From Paragordius varius (Eukaryota > Animalia > Nematomorpha), in contig OZ176052.1 in NCBI GenBank assembly GCA_964247055.1, positions 1,984,001-2,048,000 on the forward strand: a stretch of DNA of 64,000 bases, read 5' to 3'. The notes under the pieces were generated by a model. It was not told where the DNA came from, searched no databases, and saw only the letters and a program-made list of their open reading frames with translations. The position numbers were made by a program, and so were the translations under genes. Within the stretch, counting starts at the first letter, position 1. Every line of letters begins with the position of its first letter. Shown in pieces: positions 1-12,685 of the stretch.

Positions 1-2455
1 TGAATATGGATATAATATCAAAATCAATTGCGATTTCGCGCATACGACTTTACCATAAATAAGCAATATATTCAAAAATGAACTACAGACATGTTAAATT
101 GACAAAAATAAATTCAAGAATACAAAGTCATTAAATTAATTCATAAATCTGTAATACCTAATTTATTGATTATTTATACAGTGTCTACAAAAAAATATCC
201 TGATTCTGATAAAATGTATCAGGATTATCATAATTCTTTCGGTTTTGGTCCTTATGAGTGATTAAAATAGTTATAAAAACTTTTGCGGCAAATGCTCAAT
301 ATTAGAAAATTGCAAATTTGCCCATTTTTAAAAAAATTGGTGGAAGCCAAATGCCACATTTTAAAATATATGAATAAGAAATATAAAAACTAATTATGAA
401 AACCAGACTAATATTTTATTACAACATTTTTTTTAATAATGGGTTTCGAAAGTCCTGCTATAAAATGGGCTTCTTTTTTTAATAAACTCAAAAATGCAGT
501 TGTGGGATAAAAATAAATATATGCTAAATTTTGATATTATCTAAAAATATTTTTAAAAGCATACTTTTTTCAAAATTTAAATTTTAATCAATGAAGGGTA
601 CTTCATATTATTGCATGGTGGAAACGGTAAAAAAAGCTTTTTATACCTAAAACCCTTTTTTTGATAATGTTAAACATTTCTAAGGCCTCAAAATTTAATT
701 TAAAAATTACTTTGCTTTCTAATTTGTTTGAATTTCTATAAAACACGATTTATTAACATAAATTTGAAGGCGAACTAATTTTTCAATCAAGATACTAATG
801 GAAATGTTCAGTATCATTGCCTTATATAGAAAAACTGTTTTTATAATAACATGCATTTTTATTCCGTTTAATGAAGTTTTGTTTAACAAAATTTTGGTGA
901 AAATTAAATTTTCAATAAAATGTGTTAAAAATATTTAAAATTTTTATCGCGCGATCTCGCGGCATTTTTATGTAAGAGCCCTTGTTTTTTCCATTCTTTA
1001 CCAAATATATATACCCATTTAACGAGAGAAAATAAATTGATAAAATAAAGGATACATGACTGTATTGCAAAAGAACAGCCAATATTAGACAAGCGAATTT
1101 GACTCTTTCGGAGCTAACATCTAAAAATTAAATTTTTTTAATATTGTTTTTTCTTTTCTTATGTAGTTAATGATATATTTATTAAAATTTTTCGAATGCA
1201 TTAAGCATTTTAATAAAAAAACAACAAATTTTGTTATTTTCTGATAATGAAGCAGCTACCAAAAGTTTTTCTAAAATCACTTGTAAAAGCCATAACCAAA
1301 AGCACCATGATAAACCATACATTTTCCTATCAAAATATTATAATATTTTTCGTTAACACTGTGTGTTAAACATTAAGGATATTATATTCTAAATTTAAGT
1401 AAAGGAGGTTACTCCAAAGGAATCTATATTAAAAATAATACCTGATTTATGTAATCCAAAAAATTGATATATATAACAATTTTCTTAAGAATTTGTTTGA
1501 AAATTGGTCTATTACAGAAAAGGATTGAGAAGAGGACTCCTAATTTTACATTAAAAAACGTGTCAAAAAGTCATTAAATGCATTTTAGAAATCTACTTTG
1601 TATTGGAATGACTGCTCTACAGGAAATATGGAATAAACGGCGTCGTCGTATTTATCACCAAATTTATAATTTTACAAATTGCTGCTAAAGCTTCTTGAAG
1701 AACATTTCATATTGCATCAAGGTTAGTTGTTTTCCAATACCTACAATTTTTAACCAAACACTAATTGTTGTACTACTATTTTCGTCGAGTTCCCCATTCA
1801 CATTGTTAATACATGATCTATCTGGCAGGATAGGATCACAACTATAGGTCAATACATAAATCTTGGATATTTTATTCAATTTTAGCATAACTGACAAAAC
1901 TTTTTACTTTTAATGATTTTTAAGGGCTATATTTATAAATATTGGAGAAAAGAAGATTTTTTTCATTCTGAAATTAATATTTACCTACCATATTCATTAC
2001 TGTTTTACCACTATAATCTTATGACCTTTGGTTATATAAATTCAAAATTTCACATCATAGTTATGCACAATCTTTGTATAACCTTAATTTAACGGAAATT
2101 TTATTCTTTTCTTACCAAACGTACTTAAAACCTCACAATCCGTTACCGACGTTGCCCGACGACCAATTGAGTAAGTTTTTGATAATTCTTTTTAACGGTT
2201 TTACTTAATTAGATAAAACTTTAGCATTTAATTGTTGCAAATATCACCATCAGCTTGATAGTAACGGAACACGTTAATTCCACACTACTTAAAACCCTGA
2301 CGGCCCCATTCAACTCAAAGTATGATTGCAAAGAGTACTTTATCTCTTTTTGACTTAAATTTTTGGCAAATATGGTGATAACGTGGAGATATGTGGTTGG
2401 ACTTTTTAGTGGCATCGTGCGGCTTAGAGTGAGACTGTATTTGGCCCAAACATAA

Positions 2456-5013
2456 TCTATATTCTATATATTTAAAAAAATGGAAAATGCTGGCTTTGTC
2501 TGTTTCTGGAAAACTGGTAGACCCATTCAAATCCTAATGTCAAAAAATATAATCATTAATGAATGCCCTGCCAGTAGCTTCGCCCTTTTTTTGGGTTAGG
2601 CCCCAGGTTCGGGCCCACCCCGTGTAAAAAATGGTTTTTATTGAAAGTCCACAACAATCGTGACTTTGAGACAATTTTTCGGAAAAGATGTTTAACCATT
2701 CGATTTCAAATACGATTTTCTTTTACCTTTTTTCAATTGCGCCGAACATAATCGGCTCGCTTTTTTAGTTTAGGCCCTCTTTCTCCCCACTCCCCCCGTA
2801 AAATGCCATATTTTTCACTAAAAACAGTCCACAAAAATAATTTTTTAAATCTATTTTTCGCCCAAGGTATGAGACCGTAAAAAATTAAGGACTATTCTGT
2901 CAAAAGCTAAATTTTTAGCTGTGTAAACAGCTCTAAAAACTGCCTAATCATATCGAAATACCGTGCCCATGGGGCTAAATTTCAGAAAACCTATCAGGCC
3001 ATATAAGTTCAAGAGCTGTTTAAGATATCCGTAACTAGGCAAAAAATTAGGTCGTGCTATTTTTTATTAACCGTTAATTAGGCCCTTCAAGCTCTGAAAA
3101 ATGTGCCACCATAGAATGATTTTTTAATTTTGAAGCAATTTTTCCAAACACTAACGGCATATGGAATCAATCATGATTCCACGTATTCTCTGTAAAAAGA
3201 AATAATTTTAATTAAATTTACTATGTATGGGGCTACCCGCCTCTAACTGCACCATATCGATATACCGTGACTTTGGTGTAAAATTTAAGAAAACTTAGGC
3301 CATATGAGTTCAATAAGGGCTTGAAATATTACTTGTAAAAAGGCAAAACTTTAAGTAGAGCGGTTATATATACTACCCCTCAATTGGGCCTTTGCCCTAA
3401 AAAATGCGCCACCTTAGAATGACTTTTTGGTTTGAGGCAATTTTTTGAAAATTCCAAGATATGGAATCAATCATGTTTCCAGGTATTACCCGAATAAGGC
3501 AAAAAATTTAACGATTTTTTTGTTTTTCCCCTGGTTAGGGGAATACCCGCGTAAAACTGCGTCACCATATCATACAGCATGTCTTTGGTTAAAACCTATG
3601 AGACTTGATAGTTCAATAAGAGCCTAAAATCTTTACCCCCTGAAAACAAATATTTTATAGGGGTTGTTTCATGTGTAAAGTTTCACGCCCTAAAAAATGC
3701 GCCGCCATAGGACCATTTTTTAGTTTTGAAGCATTATTTCCAAGAACTTAAAGGAACATATGGAATCCATCATTCCAGATATTCCCCATATAAAAGCAAA
3801 AATTTTGCCCAGCGCTTTTTTACCTGCCCCTAAGTGAGGGGCTGCCCGCCAAAATTGGTTTCATATGTTTATTAAAGAATCGTAATCTATATCTTTATAA
3901 AAATGGAAAATGCTGTTGGGATCCGTTTCCGGAAAACCGGTAGACCCATTCAAATCCAAAATATTTATTAATGAATGCCCCGACAATAGCTTCGTTCTTT
4001 TTTTAATTAGGCCCCCAGTTCGGGCCCACCCCGTGTAAAAAACGGGTTTTTTTGAAAACAGAAGTCCAAAAAAATCGTGTCTTGAGACAGTTTTCCGGAA
4101 AACGAGTTGGACCATTCGATTTCAAATATGTTTTTTTTACTTATTATCAGTTTTGCCGAACATGGGCTCGCTTTTTTAATTTAGGCCCTCTTTTTACCCG
4201 CTCCTCCCGTAAAATGCCATTTTTTTAAAAAAACTAAGCCCACAAAAATAATTTTTTGAATCTATTTTTTGCCCAGGGTGAGACCGTAAAAGTTTAATAA
4301 GGATTCCCGATATTCCCTGTTGAAAAGCAAAAGTTTTGCACGCTTTTTTATACCTGCCCTGGGTTAGGAGCTGCCCGCGCGTTGTTTCGAAGCTAATTTA
4401 CAGAAAAATTATGAAGCCATATGAGCTCATTGAAAGTGATATATTACCCGTACTAGGTAAAAAAGGTCAGGCGTTTTTTATTAGCCGTTTATTTGGGGTT
4501 ATGCCTTAAAATACGCCATATATAACAATTATTTAGTGTTGATGTATTTTTCGAATAGCCCATGAGACGATGATATCAGAGATGATTCCAAATATTTACC
4601 CTATAAAGGCAAAGAATTTAACTCAGCGCTTTTTGATATACTTCTATGGGTAGGAGTCTATCGGTTTAAAACTGAGAAGCCATACAGAAATAAGCGTGGT
4701 TTTAGCTAATAAAGAAGCCATACGTGTTCAATAAAGGCTTTAAATAATACCCATAAAAAGGTAAAAATTATAGTATAGAGGTTTTTCCGCTAGCCGACAA
4801 TTTGGGGCCACACCAGTAACCAATATATTAGTATAAATGCATTGAAAATTATATGAAGCACTGTTTTGAAAATCCTATGAGATCATAACTATTAAATAAT
4901 GCTTCGAAATAATCAACATATATGGATCAAAATTTTGTGAATACTTTTTTCTAATAGAGCCCCCCTCTTCAAGAATTCCGAAGGACTTCCTCGCAGCTCG
5001 AGATTTACACTAG
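2456..5013 (+). mobile_element. Non-autonomous Helitron-like element, two head-to-tail copies (5' ends at 2456 and 3886) with internal ~300-bp subrepeats
   Basis: Both heads start A|TCTATAT...AAAATGGAAAATGC and share ~430 bp. The 3' end reads CTCG-cagct-CGAG ATTTACA CTAG|T (CTAG at 5010-5013). A third copy at 22883-23426 has the same two termini. There are no TIRs. Confidence 0.7.
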
Positions 5014-6015
5014 TAAAAATAAATATTTATTGAAATATTAATATGCGACCTCTCTTGTAATTTATCCATTACTATATGGAAAAATCATGGAAATGTTTTT
5101 AGCATTAACTACGTGACAATAATACGTAGAGAGGATAGAAAAAAATATTGTTTATCTACCCACATTCTACCATATATATATAAGAATAATTTTTTTATTA
5201 CAGTTATTCCCGTGAAAATCAACGATTGTTTTCTACCTAGACCTCTTTTAACTCCTTAAAGCTACTTCAATACTTTAATTTTGAACTATGCAGCATGGCA
5301 TCGACTTTATTCGGATAATTGTTAATTGCTATTAAATTGAATAACAAAAGTGGGAAAATGGTTCTACTTATTAATAGTAAAAATATAAATTTCCGAGTCA
5401 AATATTGTTAGACAAACCTTAGCTGCTTATCTTATTAACTTATCGAGAGAAACAACCTATAGAAAATCTAATCAGAAGAATATCGGTTTGAAATATATAT
5501 TTAATAGATATGGCAAACAAACACTTTTTTGGATTTATTAATCAAATTGTTGTTTTTTATGGATAAAAAGTTAAGTTTTTTTGCAACAATGGAATTCGGG
5601 ATTTTCTGTCAAATTGAAACCAAATTTTAATTTCTTTAAATAAAATATACGCTTTAGGTGAGTTTACTTAGCGCTTTTGTGGCATTTTTCTAAACATTGG
5701 CAAATTAAGGGTCTAATGGATGTGTGCATTTTATGTTAATTAAGTATTAATAATTCAAATTTATATGCGAAATCAATAAAATTAAATATATAATATATTG
5801 AATATTAGATGAAATTATATTCGTTACTTTTTATTATCCTTAGGCAAGGTTCAATTTAACCAATATACATAAATTATTCATTATGTTATAATATCTTATA
5901 TTCCCAACCGCATCATCACAGGTGCAAAAAATTAATAATGTGCTTTATCATTATTTTTTGCGTTAGTTAAATTATATATTTTTTTATTTTATTTTCTTTT
6001 TTTGTCGTAATAACT

Positions 6016-6963
6016 ATGTCAACTAAAGATATATACGGTTACACGGTAAAGGACATTTATGGGAAAACGGTTTGTATGGAAAAATACAGGTACAATATTT
6101 TTTGATAACGAAAAAATATTTTAAAAATATTACATATAACATTATTATGTATTGTAAAATAGGGGTAGAGTATTGCTTATTGCAAATGTTGCGTGTTTCT
6201 GAAAGTTCACTGATCAAAATTATCGTGAACTTGAAGCTCTTTATCTCAAATATAGGGATCAAGGCTTATCTATCCTAGCTTTTCCTTGTAATCAGTTTGG
6301 ACAACAGGTAAAACCTTATTTTTTTCTTAATTCCAAAAAAATATATATTATTATAAGTTTTGCATTCGAAATAGGAACCGGGCACTAATCAAGAAATTCT
6401 AAAGTTTATTGCAAAGTATAATGTCGATTTTGATATGTTTGACAAAATTGAGGTCAATGGTGATAATAGTTGCCCGCTTTTCAAATTCCTTAAAACTGAT
6501 AAAAATGGGAAAGTTGAGTAAGTTATGCATTTATGATAACACTAAATCTTAATTATAAATATGGGTTACTTTTTTTAAAATTATAATTTATTTTATTAAT
6601 AATTTAAACATATAAAATATTTTTTATAGGGATATAACGTGGAATTTTGCCAAATTTTTGGTCAATCGAAAAGGACACGTCGTTAAGCGTTATTTGCCCA
6701 AAATTTGTCCATTCGTAAGTTTTTGATTGCCTTTCTTTTAATTTATGTTATATATTTTAATTTGGTCATTTTTTTTATTAAAGGTCAATAAATTTAGTTT
6801 TTTTTATTTTAAAATGTAATTTCAAATAAATATTTAAAAGTTAATGGAAAATTTAAGCACTTTCTATGTAAAGGTAGAGAACTATTAAATTCATATATAA
6901 TACTGTTGTTATATCTAGGATATCGAAAAGGATATTATTCCACTGCTTGAAGAAAGCCCATAA
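6016..6963 (+). CDS. GPX4: Glutathione peroxidase, GPx4/PHGPx-like selenoprotein (163 aa, Sec encoded by TGA 6200-6202)
   Basis: Exons 6016-6089, 6163-6307, 6375-6517, 6630-6714 and 6919-6963 are all GT-AG and total 492 nt. Translation: [45 protein letters not shown]...[14 protein letters not shown]...[14 protein letters not shown]...[14 protein letters not shown]. The GPx motifs FPCNQFG..E and WNF.KFLV are intact, and the TGA aligns with the catalytic U/C. Confidence 0.93.
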
Positions 6964-6994
6964 TTAATTGTTACGTTGAATTAATGTCCATATT

Positions 6995-7060
6995 GTACAT
7001 AATACTTAATGAAGAATTATTTGTAAATTTTGATAAATATTCTGGAACCCTTATTTGTAC
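6995..7060 (+). promoter_or_regulatory. SECIS element in the 3' UTR of the Sec-GPx
   Basis: ATGA (7009-7012), then 12 nt, AAA (7025-7027), then GGAA (7044-7047). Helix II pairs GAATTATTTGT with ATAAATATTCT. Helix I pairs GTACA(T)AATA with TATTTGTAC. It begins ~32 nt after the stop codon. Folded by eye only. Confidence 0.8.
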
Positions 7061-8450
7061 TTTATGTGCATTAATACAATTTTTTACAATATGTTAATTA
7101 TTATCCTAAAATAATTAAATTATTAGCACATCGAAAATTAATTGCGGAGAAATAAATATTTTTGAATCATTATTACATTTGATTAATTTCTAATATAGGT
7201 TTTTGTAAAAAATATTTCATGGTTTAATGCAAATTCGTCTCTATTTAGCACGATTTAGTACAAATTCGAGCCTTTACCTTACATTTGACATCTTTTTAAA
7301 ATATAACACTTTTGATAAAGTTACAAATTATATCTTGGTTTTTATCAATTAAAATATGGACTTTATTACCAGAATGTCGCAAATTTACATCTTACCCTTG
7401 TTTGCTGTTATTGTCAGGTTATCTCAAACCAATACATGATTTTATTGGCATATGGACAAAATATTTTCTTAGACCTAGTTTGCAAAATATATAAAAACGT
7501 GGCAAAATATTGATGAGGTTTAATATCGGATAGCTTGAAACAACAGGTATGTGTATACCCGCCAAACACATTTAGTGACAAAAATATTTTTGTGTTAAAG
7601 CGAATTACTTTTCCGTTTACCGCTACCTAACATTCATTAATTTGTAGATCATTAATGTCGGGGTTACTGTATCCCATACCTTTAATTAACACATCATTTT
7701 ACCTTTTTACTTTTTTGTCCTAGTTTTTATATTGAGGCGGCCCTGTTCTAGAGTCTATAACAACTCTAAAACACGATTTACCTTAACAGCCGATTTTAAA
7801 AACAAATATCTTTGCTGGCAAAATAAAATCTAAAAAGTCATTAAAGCTAATCATTTACATTTGCTAACCATAATAACCATAGCAATTTAAAAAAATTAAA
7901 AAAAGCGGCCAAAATGTTTGAGAAGAGGATTTTTTAACAATTTTACATTTTTTAAATGAAAATTTTTTATAATGCGCCTAAAAGGCTAAAAGAGCATATT
8001 TTTTAATTTGGCTTACTACCTTAAATACATTTAAGATATTCAAATTTTGAATCATTCTGAGATGTAAAACTACCTCAAAAGGTCATGAAGCGTTAAAATT
8101 AATTTAGCATTAATATTAACAGAATATATGGCTTCTTTTGCAGTATTTTTCTATTTAGTTAATGGAACATATCATATTGGTTAACTTTTATGTTTCTCCA
8201 TAAAATAAGTATTATCATTTTTTTGTACTTCCGGTTTTTCAATTTTTGTAAGTGCAAACTTACGCAATGGTTTTATATTTTTCCATATTTTTTTAAAAAA
8301 CGTGATTTTAAAAAGGCTTAGATCCAATTTTCAAAATATTGAAATAAATTTGTTGGATCCAAGTTTAAAAAAAATGGTAGAAAAAGTTTGAAATGGTGAT
8401 TTTGTACAATTTTACATCTTTTAAAACATATTTTTTATCATGCGTCTTAA

Positions 8451-8546
8451 AGGGTGTCCAACACGCAAACCGCAGGCCGCATGTGGCCCGCCGGATTATT
8501 TGAGTTGAACATGCGACAGATGCCGCAGTCTGTGTTGGACACCCCA
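8451..8546. mobile_element. Tiny hAT-like MITE remnant
   Basis: Inverted ends GGGTGTCCAACAC...GTGTTGGACACCC enclose a GC-rich 'ccgcaggccgcatgtggcccg' core. It resembles the element at 61921. Confidence 0.5.
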
Positions 8547-8643
8547 GGCCTGAAAGGTTAAAAGCATAATTAAAAATGTATAGCCTTGGGGTATACAACT
8601 ACCCTAGGTCATAGACTGTATATTTATAAATCTCAAGTTTGAT

Positions 8644-9233
8644 TTAACACTTGGATACAACACACTCATTTTAGTCCTTCGATTCAAATTGGGGTAGTTG
8701 GATACCCCAGGCCTGTTTAAAATCAAATACTTTAGAAAGTATGGAAGCAATCGAAACCATGGCAAAATTTTGCACTTATATAACATTAATAAACCGAAAT
8801 ATATAAAAAATTTTATTCAAAAATACTTGATCTTACTTATTTTGAGCTAAAACTGAAAGGTAAAAATTTAGTCAACGTGACATGTGTCAAATTGTAAAAT
8901 TAAAAAATAATACAAAATAAACCGCTTTTTCTATTTCTATCAATGTTAATTGTAATTTATATATAAAAAAAACTTTAGCTTTACCCTTAAAATTAAATGA
9001 AGACTATATTTTGCAAAATTTTTGTAAAATAAAAATGGCGTCGAAGTAGCTTGAGATGGAACTTTTTTTTCAAAACAAAATTTTATCAGGATATTTTGGC
9101 ATATTTATATAATATTTATCAGGATAGAAGCATAAATTCAAATTGAGACCGTTTCCTTCAGTAGTTTTTTAAAAATTTTATTTTAAATTTAGTCTGGGGT
9201 ATTTAGATACCCCAAATTGAATCGAAGTGTTAA
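8644..9233. mobile_element. MITE flanked by TTAA (piggyBac-like termini)
   Basis: TTAA-CACTT...AAGTG-TTAA, with subterminal inverted GGGGTA..GATACCCCAG blocks. Related copies lie at ~42100-43103. Confidence 0.55.
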
Positions 9234-9564
9234 CAAAATGCCATAAAAGGGGGCAAATTTGATTGCAGATTTAATATTTCTTCAAATAATGAGCCATTTA
9301 ATGTCTATTTTAAATTTATCAATATCATAATTTTGGATTAAATTTGTAAATGAAGAAAATTATCCAAAAATAAAGATAAATTAGCTTTTACAATCCGAAT
9401 TTTTTCCAAAGGTAAGAGCTTTTTAGCTATGTTTATCAATTCAATAAATAACTAGCGAAAATATACATCATGTGATATCTATATTGTTAAGCTTAAAATT
9501 TGCAACATTTTTATAATATTTATAATTTACAACCTTCAAACGCAAATAAATAAATCGTCACCTG

Positions 9565-10204
9565 ATGTACAAAGTCTTGCGAAATTTAAATACCCTACCG
9601 ACTGTGTTTTGTGCCATGTCTTCAGAAAGTATCTATAATTTTACGGTAAAAAATATTGACGGTGAAAATGTTTCATTAGAAAAATATAGGTTTTACTTAT
9701 ATACATAAAATTTAGAGGTAAAGTGTTATTAATAACTAATGTCGCTTCCAAATGTGGCTTTACTGATTCAAATTATAAACAATTCCAAGAATTATATGAT
9801 AAATATAAGGACCAAGGTTTTGAAATTTTAGCTTTTCCTTGTAATCAATTTGGTAGCCAGGTTTTATTAACAATTATATTTACAGGAATCCGGTGACGAA
9901 TGTCAGATAAAGAAATTTGCTACTAACTATAAAGTCACTTTTGACATGTTTTCAAAGATTGATGTCAATGGTGAAAAGGCTGATCCTCTATTTAAATTTT
10001 TGAAAACCAAATTAAGTGGTTTAGTTTTTGAGTAATCATATAATGTTATAAATTAGTGCAATAAAATGGAATTTTACAAAATTTTTGGTTGATAGAAATG
10101 GTATCCCCTATAAAAGATATGCCCCAAAGGATGAACCCAAAGTATAGAAAATTTTAATTTTTTAGACTATGGAAAAGGATATACAGGAACTTTTGAGCAA
10201 ATAA
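9565..10204 (+). CDS. GPX4: Glutathione peroxidase, Cys-containing GPx4/PHGPx-like paralog (179 aa from ATG 9565; second in-frame ATG at 9616)
   Basis: Exons 9565-9689, 9716-9860, 9886-10031, 10057-10141 and 10166-10204 total 540 nt. The GT-AG introns are 26, 25, 25 and 24 nt. Translation: ...[15 protein letters not shown]...[12 protein letters not shown]...[15 protein letters not shown]...[12 protein letters not shown]. Confidence 0.93.
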
Positions 10205-11214
10205 GTTTCAAAAAATAAAAATTATTAGTATTTATATATAGTTAAAATATATTACATTTCATGTTATAATTATTCAATAAGTATTATAAAACATAAAATT
10301 TTTCAAAATTCATGTACATGATTAAGCATATTAAATTTTTATATATTATTGATTGTTAGATATAAATATCATAAAAAATATATCTTAAATATTAAGTATA
10401 TGTAGCCTGTTTTGTGAATGTCCACCATTCATATAAATGCTTATGTAAAATTAGATTTGCCATATATATACATGTAAATATCAAATATCCAACATTAAAT
10501 AAGCTGTATTATTATATTTATTAAACCTTTTTTTTAATTATCTACAATATAAAATAAAATTGTTTTTTTTAAACGAAATTGTTGTTTTTGATGTCTAGAA
10601 GTGAAATAATTTGCCATTCTAAAGTGGACAATAAATACTAAAAACAATTATTAATAATTCTACATATAATAACATTTAATTAGAGGCGTAGCTTGCACTG
10701 GTCCGTAATGGCCCCACATCTTTCATAAAACCCTTTGCATTTTTTTAAAAAAATTGAAATTTAAACCGTGAGGGGGACGAAATGGGCCCATCTTTAACAG
10801 AAACACACGAAAAAAAGCATAATTGAACCCCCTTTCTTTGAACAAGACGGCTTGCTTAGTAACAAATGTATCAGTAATTGATAAATAATAATCTTAATTT
10901 CTGTGCGAAATGTTCAACTTAGTTAAATATAAATGTTGTGGAAAAGCAGTATTCAGACTGCATTCGAATGCATGGCCCAACTAAAAATTTTTTTTTGGAA
11001 AATGGATTGCGTCCGAAAAAGAGTGGCAATCCTTGATAAAAAAAAATTGGGCGCAAAAGTTTACTATAAATTTTCATGCTGCATCGTTAGTATATAGCAT
11101 ATTACATATATAATCCACATTTATTTATAAGGCAAACATATATACATTAATTTCTGCATTTCTTTCCCATAATATCAATTTAAAGAATTTAATATAGGTA
11201 GCATTAAAGAAGCA

Positions 11215-11484
11215 TACCATTTACAGTTCAAATTCACGTTTAAACAATTCAAATTCACCATTGAACAATTCAAATTCACCCTTAAACTATTCAAATTCAT
11301 CCTAAAATAAATTATATATTACCTATATTTTTTTATATTTTTAAAAAATGAATTTTCGTTTAAAATTAATATAATACTGAAAAAATAATAAACTATGCCA
11401 TAAGAATATATTTTTTATTAATGATGACTTATATTAGCCCGAAAACACATATTGTTTGAGGGTGAATTTGAATTGTAAATGGTA
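11215..11484. mobile_element. Foldback MITE family A (TA-CCATTTAC...GTAAATGG-TA, subterminal ~21-bp repeats)
   Basis: TIR plus tandem AATTCACCCTTGAACAATTCA units in opposite orientation at the two ends. The same family occurs at 18751, 20983, 37360, 52502, 54656 and 55694. Confidence 0.8.
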
Positions 11485-12685
11485 TATATAATTTTTAAAG
11501 AAATTTATCATAAAATTAAGGTTGGTATTATTTTTATATCCGACACTTTGGTATTTAAAGCAAATATTTAAAGATAGATTCCATGAATGATCTGAACAGG
11601 CTAAGGTTATGAAATGTAGGCGCTTGAAGATAAAGCGGTGAGATATAATATATTAGGATTTGAAACAGTTGGTTAGATTAGTAAGATTAAAGGTGAATTT
11701 GATCAAGATTAAAGGTTTTGACCACCCATAAATATGTGATCTTTTAATGTATTATTTCCAATAACTTTTAAATACCTGTTTTTTGAAATATAATTAAATA
11801 TTTTAAGATCCTGCGCCCCTTCAACTATGGCGCCGGGTGCCTTAGCCCCCCAGTTAGGCCATTGTATTAAAACCCAATTTTACGTAAAAGTAGTAAGATA
11901 ATATTAAATTTTTATAAATATTTGTGTGACTGAGGTATTTGATATTGAATAATACATTAAATTATAAACGTATATAATATTTAAATTTAGCGAACAAAGA
12001 AAGCACTGGAACGGGAAGACATTTTATTTGCATTACTCCAATACGAAAACCTTTATTATTGTTTTTGGAAAATAGGTATCGTTTCCAACCCTTTTCTACC
12101 AAATTATTTTTAACGAAATATTTAGTTGCGTATTTTTTCGTAATATATTTACTAAAATTGTCATAAAAAATAGTTAAAGCTATTTATCTCACTATAACTC
12201 ATCCATTTTTAAATCTCTTGCCTTCAGGATAAACCATATAATCAAAAATTATTAATAATTTTTTGCTACTTATATAAACCATTCATAATCTTCGATTAAA
12301 CCCCAATATACTCTTTGAATTAATGAGATTATCACACATTAATTTACAATTTTTAAAAAAATTCAAGAAGCCTTTTACATCCATGTTTTCCACTATTACA
12401 AAAGAAGCTGTCATATTTATTAATAAATATTAAGGTATTCTGATCATTTTATATATCTAATCAAAAAATATTTTTAAAATTTTAACTTGGCACCGCTAAA
12501 ATTTCACTCTTAAACGATTAAAAATCGGTTAAGTTTCGAGTTAGGTAGAATTTTTATAATAACAAGAAAGCACCAAGATAAAAAATTAAAGGGGTTGTAT
12601 TCATTAACAAGGCTTAAATATTTTTAGTCATAAAAAACGTAGATTTTAATAATAATTTAAGCTTTGATAAAAATTGTAAATAAAA

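Noticed and set aside
1380-2455. Slightly GC-richer, coding-like minus-strand segments (ORFs 1685-1897 and 2221-2415) with some splice-like sites
   Set aside because: I could not assemble a stop-free model or recognise a family. It is probably a decayed TE or pseudogene; a BLASTX search would decide.
12180-12414. 76-codon minus-strand frame interrupted only by two TGAs, suggesting TGA=Trp recoding or an organellar/mollicute insert
   Set aside because: Conserved Trp sites in all six genes use TGG, and UQCC1 ends in TGA. A rough calculation at this AT content predicts many such frames by chance in 64 kb. No recognisable protein motif.
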